Positions 1 through 10,584 of a DNA stretch of 64,000 nucleotides are shown one piece after another. This DNA comes from Tubulanus polymorphus. Taxonomy: Eukaryota; Animalia; Nemertea. The notes below the pieces were generated by a model. That model was not told where the DNA came from, made no database searches, and worked only from the letters and a program-made list of their open reading frames with translations. The DNA is taken from contig NC_134027.1 of NCBI RefSeq assembly GCF_964204645.1, positions 20,670,560-20,734,559 of the forward strand. The letters run 5' to 3'. Numbering within the stretch: the first letter of the stretch is position 1; the number at the start of each line of letters is the position of its first letter. Both the position numbers and the translations under genes were made by a program.

Positions 1-2042
1 ACTGCTGTGTATTCACACGACAAACCAAATTGCATACACGCTCAATCCTTAAACAAGTGACTATTTCTTATTTCAGAATTCTTTAAAACAGATCAGTCTT
101 TCATATACGTATGTATAGCTTCATAAGTTGGTTCTATTTGATGGAAAAAAACTGTTGTTAACAATTACCGTACCGTCATTAACGAATATTTATTGCAACG
201 ATTGTAAACGATTTTCATTGGAAAGGTCAATCGAGGTTTTTTGGCTGAACCCGTCAAATAGGGGTATCCAGACCTTGGAATCCCTCTCAACCGTCATCGA
301 TGTCTTCTTCTGCTTGGCATCACGACAAGACCCTTTCAAACCCACCCAAGGCGAGTCTTCTGCAGTGCATTGTCCTGCAAAGGTTACTTGTAACGACTAA
401 ATTTAACGGGTTGCGTTTGTCACACTGGACAGCGGTGGGGAGCGGCTTCGTCGAATATTTTATAAGTGACAATATCCATAGCGTGTTGTAAGGCTTAGTT
501 TGCTATCTTTCAATATATATTTAGCAATAATTTCGGGGTTCTTATAGCCACAACTCCACTCCCATATAATTAATGATTTAAATAATTACTTATCTATATC
601 AATTAAGATATTGCATTGTGAAAACGTAACGCCATCTGTGTTTGTAATTTTGTTCAGTTTATTATTATTGTCATACAAGTGTAAACACTTTGACGAAATA
701 AACATTATCATATTATATAATATCTGTTCATTATGGCTTTGTGTTAGCTATGCAGTTTAGAAGTGTATTCAGATATATCACATAATTACATTTATCAATT
801 TCTAATTGTTTCTAATTATTATGATTGCTTCGGTTCGATTTCGGTTTTTTTGTCGAAAACGTTATCTTTATCGTCATCGTAGTAGAATAAAGTTACCCCC
901 GTCAACCTTGCTTTGAACACCTCAGACTTGACTAAAAGAGACAAAAGGGAACTCATTTTTGATACTTTCTTACGTATTCTCCATTCCTTTACACGGACTT
1001 TGCTTCCCTCGGACCAATTTTGCCGGTCCCAGATTGTCCAATTTTGACGAGGTTTACTATATATATTTTGGTTGACGCGTTTTCACAATGAGTTCTGAAA
1101 GTCGGGAAGCTGCCGTCATATTAACAGCACAATAAAAAAAGTCAATCATTAAACAAAAAGACCATGTTGAAACGAAAAACGACCAGGTTGAAGTGAAAAA
1201 TGTAATACGCTTTGTTGTTTTTTTTCTCCGGATCAGCTACCAATATATTGTTAAAACAAATATTAATATTCCGCTAATGAAAAGCGTCGAGTTGAGAACA
1301 AAATGCCAAAATTCATTATGTTTTAATCTCTCCATCAAAATGTACGGCGTGCTGAGAGTAAATACTCAACGACTAAAAACTGAACTTCAATGAACAAAAA
1401 ACAGTGAGCGGCCTTTGGAATGGTCATAGAATAAATCTAGAGTGTCTTTTGAATCTTTTGATATAGTTGATTTTGTTACTGAAAGCCTCTCTCAGATACA
1501 ACGTTACAACTTTTGAATATTTGCTAATGCATTTACACAATCTATCCGGACAGACAGACACACGATGACAAAACCGCTATTTGAAGTCTATTTGAAAATA
1601 AATGGTTTTAAAAATATCGAACTGGGGTGACTGATGGAAAACAAAAATTCGAGATCACAGTGAATTAAATCATTCGTTGCAAAACTTTGTCCGTCAAAAA
1701 CTATCCTGACAACAAAGTAGGATACGTGCGTATTAAGAAACGACACAACGACAGATTTAAACCGCCGCTCGAATCTTCGAGTTCGACTGTTGTGCATTCA
1801 CAAAACAAGCAAATTTGTATTACATGTATATAAAATCATCACACTAGCAACTATCTAAATTTCAAATTACGGATCTTCTTAGAACTGTTCAGCTTCTCAA
1901 ATATGTCTAGCAAGTTCTTTTACGAGTTGTTTCCATTTGATGGACATGTTATTAACTGTTATTAACAGTCATTGACCCGTCGTAAATATTTCTCACAAAC
2001 CACCATCGGATCTATTTGATGTGTTTGGCGAATCTGTGGATT

Positions 2043-4378
2043 ATGGATTCGATTCGGATGCTAGTGATATTCATTTGTTTCGAGTGCGGTCATATACAAG
2101 GTAGTGTTCAGAATGTGTTTCGAATTTATTGTCGCTTTCGAAAGTTCAACTTCATTATTTATAATGCTTGTATTTTCAAAATGTTTTTTTTTCAAATCGA
2201 TTTCATGTGAATTTTGTTGAATGTATACATAGAATGTGGTTTATACTGTATGTTCTATTCGTTTAGGGCTCCGGATTGAAGATCTTATTCGAAACGAAGA
2301 GAATAGGTCACTGATAGAACCTTACACTTTTTGTAATGACGTTGATACCGTCTGTTCCAATGATTTCGAACTTTGTAAATTGATGGGAACTTGCTGTGCT
2401 CCTGCAGCTACTGCGTTCAAGGCAACAAATTTAGACGATTACGTCACGTGTACATCGAATTCTGTTTACAAAAAGGCGCTCGCAGACGAATACTACTGGG
2501 CGGTTTCGAGATGCCCACCGAATTCTAACGTTACGAGTGAAGTCGTGCGACGATGTCAGAAAACTGACGAATATAAAGGTGATATAGATATACGCGAGAG
2601 ATTATTTTTGAATTTCAAAGATCAATTCGTATTCAAGAATATATTTTGTTTGATGTGTCACGGTTTCGACGTTAAGCTAGCGAAAACGATTCGATTTAAG
2701 AGTGAATGTCCGAAAAACCTGTCTGTTATCAACGCACCGAGAACTCGTGAAAGACTTCTTGAATATTTGCTGCACAATTCCTGTAAATTGTTTTGGTTTA
2801 CTTCTGCTAAGAACCTTCTTGTTAAATGTGAACCGAAAACCGTGTCCAGCTGTCCGTCCCGTAAATCGTCGCAATATTACAGCCGTATTGCAGATATCAG
2901 AATCGATACGTTCTCCAGGAATCTGTGCAAAAAATACATTTCCCCAGTACCTTCAGAACAAACTAATCGAAAGTATCGTAACATGCATTGCTTGATTTGT
3001 AATGGGAATTTGACTGATGTAGATTTCCTTGAATCAAAAATCGTAGAATGCTATAGAAAATCTCTCGCTCCAGGAGATGATAAACCACAATTCGGGACCT
3101 TATCTTACATGTTTGATTTATCACCAGACACAGGCAATGTTCAGATAGATTTCGGTGAGCGAAGTTTAATTATTTGTCCTACCGGACATAGATATGAACG
3201 ACTAGTGTCTAAATGCGTTCGGACTGACAAAAAGCCGTATCAAATGGTTTATGTGAATTTGCAAATAATGGCAATTTTTTGTAGACCTCCTCTAAACAAT
3301 AGGCCTATGTGGAAATTGAACGATCGTGAGGTAGATGAGTGTTTAAAGCAGAGCGTAGAGAAAACTGTGTCCCATACCGCGTGGTCTATGGGTGGTGATG
3401 TCCAAAGTTTTGGCAATTTGATGACGAATTATTCGATGTCATCGAGTTTGTTTTGCTTTGATCGAAGATTATATTCAGTTCAGTTTGAAATTGTAGTGTC
3501 AATATCACTGAAGTCGTTCTTGAGGATTTTGTCGGTTCTTGTCGGTTTGACAATAACTTTCGTTACCTATTGCAAATATGGTGTACTGAGAAATCTACCA
3601 GGTTTGTGTTTAATGCAGCTTATGGCTTCAATGGCCGCCGATACAACACTATATACCTTTGTAGCTTTTCAACGATCAGTCATAGAAAGCGGGTACGGTT
3701 GCACTGTTGTAGCTATCATCACCCATTATTTTCAACTGGTTTCGTTTTTCTGGATGAACGCTATAAGTTTCGATACTACCCAAACATTTGTGCGACTGGC
3801 CCCTCATAGTCCCGGTAAAAACGCGTCTAAACTGGTGAAATTTTCCGTCTACGCTTGGGGAGTCCCTGCTGTGTATGTGGCATTGTTTCTAGCGCTAGAT
3901 TTCAGCATCTTGGAATTTCCGTGGCGCGTGTACGTCGCCCCTGTGCGAGCAGCTTGTTGGCTTGTAGATCGAAATTCCAAAATCGTCGCATTTTTCGCCC
4001 CGGTCGCTTTGATATGCGCTTTCAATTTCGCGGCTATGATTCTGATTTGTCACGCTCTGCGCAAAACTACAAAACTACAAAAAAAGAATCGTTTCGTCAA
4101 ATACCGGAAGCCGTCTTTACATACCGGTTGCAAAGTTATCAGTTCTATTCGGTGTTTCGTGGATTCTGCTTCTGTTTTCGCAATTTCTGAAATCAGTACC
4201 GGTATTGTTGTATTTAGTGGTAGCTGTTAATAGTTCTCAAGGTTTATTGATCACTCTCAGTTTCTGTTGCAGTAAACAGATATTACGACTGTACGGAATT
4301 CTTCGTTCAGCAAAACGACCGAACGCAACAAGTACAGACACGTCTGTTAGTCAATTATCAACTCTTTCTAAAATCTAA
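2043..4378 (+). CDS. Methuselah-like/adhesion-type class B GPCR with Cys-rich ectodomain; exons 2043-2100 and 2267-4378; +1 frameshift near 4079-4085
   Basis: Signal-peptide-like exon MDSIRMLVIFICFECGHIQ-G ends at a GT (2101) and splices in frame (phase 1) at AG 2265-2266. Two FKNIFCLMCHG/YRNMHCLICNG motifs, then 7tm_2 motifs LRNLPGLCLMQL, HYFQLVSFFWMN, YAWGVP and CW. TM6/TM7 (KLSVLFGVSW...NSSQG) lie in the +1 frame after the A-run and end at TAA 4376-4378. Confidence 0.8.
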
Positions 4379-5236
4379 GATTCTTTTTTCTGATGATGAA
4401 AAAACCAATAATATTTTTTTCTGTGTATCAGAGTTGTTCGTTCTCACATCGTCCGGATTCTCTTTCATGAAGCCCGCCTTAGTGATGACGCTATTTCCCT
4501 AAACGTAAGCCGAATTTAAGTATTGAAATGAAAAATTTGATGTCAACTGGACATTCTTTCTTTAAGACTATTTACGAACATAAGGACAACTTCTGGGCTT
4601 CCTGTCACGTGAATAGTTTTTCCACGTCTTTTCTTCTACCTGTTTTGGTATTGTAGGTGCATTTTCATGGATCGTGGTTTCTAAACTTGTTGCCATTTTC
4701 TGCCGTTAGTTGCAGATAAAACCAACCTTTTTTGAAGGGGGTTTCTCCGCCTATTACATACCGTCCATGTTAACGTACCTAAAATATGTATTTTGCGTAC
4801 AGATTATAGGTGTTTTATCTATTTGTTCTGTTAACATATCGTTTGGGTTATGTCTTTGATTAACTCATATTTGAGCTAGATTAAGCATCGTTATTGGGGC
4901 TAGCCTGGTTAGACTGGTTACCGATCAATAATTCAATTGTCAATATATTCAAATTCAAAATAACTTTACTGATACTTTATATCATATTATATTACTCAAT
5001 GTTTAATAAGGCATACATATATGTGTATGTGTGTTATTGTTCTTCAAGGCATCAATAAACTTTCAATTCTGCGTTAATGAGTATTTTTTCAAACGATTTT
5101 TTTCACATTACTCTACCTTAAAGAAGTTTTTCCAGCTACCGATTTTGTCTTCATGAATAAAAGGAAGAAATCTATTGTGCTGGTATTTTCACTGGTTCTA
5201 GGTGGACATTGGTGGTTGAGTTGTCTCTCATACATA

Positions 5237-6025
5237 AAACAAGAGGCCTACGGGCCTTGTACCTTCATGACACAGTAGAAGAAGAATGATTCAGTATTCA
5301 AAGTTTTACAGAAAGATTTACATTGTAACGATGTAACAAGTTTTAAAATAGTTAAGATGGTATAGGCTATGTGGCGATAATGTTCAGTTTCTATTAATCC
5401 TTACATGAAAAGACAAGCCCATTTTAGCTGCCCTGCAGAGATTCAAAAAATGCAAAAAAATGAATCAAGAATTGGTGTAGGATTTACATTGTAACGATGT
5501 AACAAGTTTTAAAATAGTTAAGATAGTTTAGGCTATGTGGCGATAATGTTCAGTTTCTGTTAATCCTTACATGAAAAGACAAGCCCATTTTAGCTGCCCT
5601 GCAGAGATTCGAAAAAATGCAAAAAATGCATCAAGAATTGGTGTAGGATCGTGCTGAAAAGAAATCCAAGATGGATGGCAACCCTGGTGGCCATACTTGA
5701 ACTCAATCTTTCAATAAGGGGTAGACATTTCACCTACCAATATTCTTACACCTTCGAGATTCGAGATGGCTAACCTGGCGGCCATATTTTAAAGCCGATG
5801 ACCTCCATATACAAAAGGCATGGACAGCTTACCTACCCTGATCCTCACACCAAGTTTTGTGGAAATCCATCAAGAATTGCAGGCTTTGCATCGTGCAAAC
5901 AAGAAATTCAAAATGGCCGCCATATTTGATCAACAATGACATTTTTTACAATAAGGGTGGACATCTCGCCAGACCCATTCTTCAAGCTAATTTTCAAAAA
6001 GATTCATCGCAAATTACAGGCGAAT
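5237..6025 (+). mobile_element. Non-autonomous Helentron-like (HINE-type) element with internal tandem repeats
   Basis: Begins AAACAAGAGGCCTACGGGCC. Contains a ~166-bp tandem duplication (about 5315-5480 and 5481-5648) and repeated 'aagatgg..cc..ggcggccatattt' units typical of this repeat class. Confidence 0.5.
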
Positions 6026-6039
6026 TACTGTGTCGAATT

Positions 6040-6545
6040 CAATTCAATTCCAGAGGGCCTGGCCTTTTTGAAAAACCAGCACAGACGCCTTTTTAAATCA
6101 CATGAATTAAAGAATTCAGTGCTTCTTAGTTTGATGTCCCTGTTTTTATTGCGCGCGTGGTTAAAATTATTGTTAACATCGAACGTCTTCAACAGCTGAT
6201 ACAACCGCAAACGCGTCCGGTCATCCTTTTGAAGGTAAAAACTCGTCTGATATTATCGATTCCACAGATTTTTAGAGTGTTTGATATCGGGTTGGTGACC
6301 ATATCTTCTATTACTGGTTTAATGCTTTCGGTTGTTACGCCAACTGAGAATGTGGTCGTGGAAGAAATCATTCCATGAACCTGAAATACTCACATAACTT
6401 AAAAGGAGTTCTTCAGAGTAGAATGAAAACACATCATTACGATGTAAGAACGTTAGAACACACTTTAGTTAACACCAAAAAGCTCCGGTGTAGTCTCCAC
6501 TGAGGTTTGAATACCTACGACGTATAATATATTTTCGACTTACCT
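6040..6545 (-). pseudogene. Possible decayed cytosolic sulfotransferase (SULT) fragment
   Basis: Broken frames give, in SULT order, KSKILYVV (3'-PSB-like), GSWNDFF, HDHILSW, EDMVTNP...LKIC and FTFKRM, with many stops and indels. Confidence 0.35.
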
Positions 6546-6829
6546 GAAAAATAACAAAGACTTTTTATTGTGAAGATACCGGTATCTTTATGATTCCTCA
6601 TGACGTATTCTAGGGATGAAATATTCTAGGGGTTTTCGGTACCGTTTGTATCAGAACATTTTAAATAGAAAGTGAATTGATATGCATGGGGGCGCGGGCG
6701 AAACAGAGATTACTTCCATCTAGAATTACGTACGGTTAATGAAAATTAGATTTTTTCTCAACATTAATTCATTTACGATTAATAAGTTTTTTTTTTGAGA
6801 GAAAAAATTGGCCCCTAATTCAAGCAAGT

Positions 6830-6885
6830 GCATCGGTGGTTCAGTGGTAGAATTATCGCCTGCCACGCGGGAGGCCGGGGTTCGA
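6830..6885 (+). pseudogene. 3'-truncated tRNA-Gly(GCC) copy
   Basis: GCATCGGTGGTTCAGTGGTAGAATTATCGCCTGCCACGCGGGAGGCCGGGGTTCGA matches metazoan tRNA-Gly-GCC up to the T-loop; the 3' T-stem and acceptor strand are missing. Confidence 0.8.
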
Positions 6886-7089
6886 CATTATTTTTCGAAG
6901 TATATTATTTGCTTCGTTAAATTTCATTCAAGTATAAAAAATCGGGTTTTTTTCGGGAGATTCTACGTTTGTCACTGGTCTGCACTATCGGTCTAGGCTC
7001 GGCTTTTTACGATGGCTTATTTATACTGCGCAAGGTAAAATACTTATCATACATGTCAAACAAGTCACTTAACGCAGCGCCATGGTTAA

Positions 7090-7447
7090 GGCAAAAAAAT
7101 ATTCTGTCTCTGGTTAGGCCCTTCTGCAAAAAATGATGCGGTGATGCGGTTTTTTTAAAATGTTCCTACATTTGACTATCGAGTGTGATGGATAAGTCGA
7201 CAGGAACAAGTCCGAACGGACGTATAGTAGCCGGCCCTTTCAAAAGTGACATCGATATCAACATGCTTTTGGTTTTTATTCACAATCAGACAATAGCAAT
7301 GAATAGATAGATGGACTAAACTTCCGCGATTGACGACATCGGCGACTAGTTGGCGCTAGCCGATTTTTGTTTCCGAAAAAAGTTTTGACGCGGGGGTTCT
7401 AGATCGACGCGCGCTTATCAGAAACAGAATACATTTTTTGTTTGGCC
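7090..7447. mobile_element. MITE with TTAA target-site duplication (Kolobok/piggyBac-type target)
   Basis: TTAA|GGCAAAAAAATATTCTGTCTCTG ... CAGAAACAGAATACATTTTTTGTTTGGCC|TTAA: imperfect TIRs flanked by TTAA. Confidence 0.6.
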
Positions 7448-8116
7448 TTAACTATGTATATTAATGACCAAGAATTGATATGTTTATTCATCAAATAGAA
7501 AAATTTCCAATTTATGGTTTCTTCCAATTATCTGTTTATGCGACCTATACCACCAATACATCATTACAACTTCCAAATTCTCTTGGATTTCACTGGTTAC
7601 ATTCGGCAAACGGAATATGGCTTCTCAGTATTTAGGAAACTGGGGTACATCATGCTTGAGGATATCAATGACTCATTCACATTTTCCTAATTAATCACTT
7701 ATAACCAAAATTGATTAATGAACTTTCTCTTGAGTTGCCACAAGTCCACTACGAATCTGGGATTAAAGCCAATACAATAATAAGTGTTAACTTACTTGGT
7801 TGTTGGACGAATGCCTCAGGTTTGGTCATACAGTGCCGTATACGTGGCTTTACCGCTTTCTCGTATGTGGAGTGACCTGCGACCGCGGCGCACCGGCTAA
7901 CCACACGATGAGCGCCTGAGAATTCTACGAAATGATCATTTTCGGCAGCTGTCGGCAATTTCCGTACGTATCTGAGTTTTGGAGAATGCTTGGTTACTTC
8001 ATGAAAGAGTTACTAGGTAGCCGTCTCTACGTTGCTATGTAAGCATCAGTTCACTTCACGTAAAATCGCATTGCGCTGACGCTTTTTACGCACGATTTTC
8101 AATTATTTTCATCGAA

Positions 8117-10314
8117 ATGGAAAGTTCCGACGAAATATTGTCCGATTTTATTGATCGGGTACTAAGATTGAACGGTGAGACTCTAAAACATGGTAAAGAC
8201 TAATTAGCTGTGATGCAAATTCATTCCTCATTCGATAGACGTAAGTTTTAGCGAAATATTTCTTCATTTTTCAGATTCCGAAAACGAATTCTGCCTCGAT
8301 GGCGAATTGTACACGGCTGAAAACATACGCACACTTCCAGGTAATGAATATGGATTATCAGTTTTCATATCAGCTTCTTACCTAAGTTAATCAATTATCA
8401 TAACCTGCGTAAATCGCTCGAAATTCTTGCTTTCCTAGGCATTCCAAAATCATTCTGGTTGTCATTCCGTCCCAAGTCGGCTGTAATATTAACCCATTAT
8501 GAAACATCCCCGGGTGAAATGGTCAAAATATTCGGCGAAACGATCGGTTGGAGCGATGGAATGTATATGCAAAGAATTCCGTATAGTAACTGGTGGGAGG
8601 CTTACTTGACCGATCAGCAACTCGCAACTGAGTTCAAACTTGGAGTCGTGGACGAAAATGGAAGCATGAAATGGGAGCCAAGAGCAAATAGATTTCTACG
8701 ATCGAAGAGAATTTACTTCTGCCAGTGGGGCCAGGCATCCGTGATGCTCCATGGTAATTTTCGTTGTTATAAAATAGTTTTTTTTCTTCAAATATTTGAA
8801 ATTTGAATTTTGGGAACACTGTATAAGGTTCCAGTTGTTTTCTATTTCAGACGAACCGCTTAACCATAAAACGGTAGGAAGACCATCAGTGGTCAGCAAT
8901 TCTACACAAATGGATGTCCCCAAATCTAAAATAAGCATAACGAAAAGCAACGTCGTAGCTTTCGAAGGTATGAAAAACATTGATTTTGTTATATTCATAG
9001 AATTTGAAAAAAATGACCGACAAAAAATATCGTTTCATTACATTACAGTAGAAGATGCTATCGAGACACGAGAATATAAAGTCGACGAGATTGTGGACGA
9101 AAGTGGACGAAAAGAACGCAATATCAACGAACTACCAGTCGGGGATAGGGACAAAAAACCAGGGATGGAAGATTGTTCAAAAGCAATGGACGTACCGGCA
9201 TGGCAAATGAAATCGATAATTTGTGACAAGAGCATCACCGATTTGAAGGGTGAGATATCTGAATCAATTGACATAATCAAAATTCAATTTATCAGGCTTT
9301 CAGCCCCTTTCTGGACTGAGGGATACTGACGGCTTTATTTTGTTACATAAGAAATAGAAACAATTAATCGACAACAAGAAGTCAATGGTAAATTGATCGC
9401 GATACGTAGGTTTCAAGTATTTTGAACACTATAGGAACACCATTGAACATTACAGGTCTTTCTATTTTTAGACAAATCGAATAATTATGAGCTAAAAGGA
9501 AAACCAGCAAATCCAGTAGCCGAAATAGGAATGGTCGCCAATCTGACACAAGTGGATGGGCAAAAACATAACATCACGAGAAAGAATATCGCAGTTATTG
9601 AAGGTAAGATATTGATTTTGTGAAGTTCATCGAATTTTGAAAAAAGTAACTCATGAACATTGATCGTTTGCTTACATTTACAGACCAATTAGATTGGACT
9701 ATCGATACACGAGAATATAAAGGTGGCGAAATGGTGGACGAAAGTGAACGAAAAGAAAGCAATTTCAATGAAATTCCAGTTGGGGAAAGGCACAATAAAC
9801 CTGAGATGGAAGATTGTTCAAAAACAGTGGAAATATCGACATGGGAAATCAAATCGAAAATTCTTGAAATGAGTTTTACCGACTTGAAAGGTGAGAAATC
9901 TAAATTTGCAGATGTTGACATATAAAATGAATTCAATTTGTCATGGTTTCGGCATTTTCTGAGGTGCTGAAGGACTTTCTCTTCTTACAGAAGAAATAGA
10001 AGAAATTAATCGGCCACGAGAAATCGAAGATGATAATAAACCAATGCTTCTATATGAACAATGTCGCTCGAAACCCGGTTCAGAAAAAGAACCGGACGAG
10101 GAAGAAATTAAACTCGAATCAATGACAGCTACACGCGTCGGGAGGTTCTCCGACTTCAACGGTACGAGATTTCTGTTCGTTAGTTGTAAAATTTGTCATT
10201 CTAAATCACTATTCAATTACATACTCAATGTCTTTTTTAGGAAAAATCAGGCGATTCGCAAAATATTTACGTCGGGGATTTCGGAGAGCATTTATTTGTT
10301 ACGCTGGTCGGTAA
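8117..10314 (+). CDS. CBM20-domain protein (~446 aa); exons 8117-8174, 8275-8340, 8439-8753, 8851-8967, 9049-9249, 9472-9603, 9684-9890, 9991-10161, 10241-10314
   Basis: All eight introns are GT-AG and phase 1, and the spliced frame is open to TAA 10312-10314. Exon 3 encodes a CBM20-like pattern: HYETSPGEMVKIFG..IGW...MQR...NWW...EFKLGVVDENGSMKWEPRANR...FCQWG. Confidence 0.7.
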
Positions 10315-10584
10315 ATGCGATGCTTGGCAACTATCCGATTATCAGATTGTTTTAATTTTGCAGTACACCCACACCACAATCGTAATTTGAAAAGATCAAT
10401 TGTCTATGAGATCAATTGTTAATAAATATAGCAACGATTTATCTTAGCCATTTTTACTGAATTAGGGCTGCGCCACCGGCTGGTGCTATGTCGCCCGCCG
10501 GGAGAAGGACTTCATTTTCTGTCGCAAAAATGCTGATGGGCAACTGGTCATTCGCACATCTTTTGTTTTCTGTATGAAGCGGAA

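Noticed and set aside
5315-5648. CRISPR-like or other prokaryotic array
   Set aside because: It is a simple two-unit tandem repeat without spacers, and the window is clearly eukaryotic.
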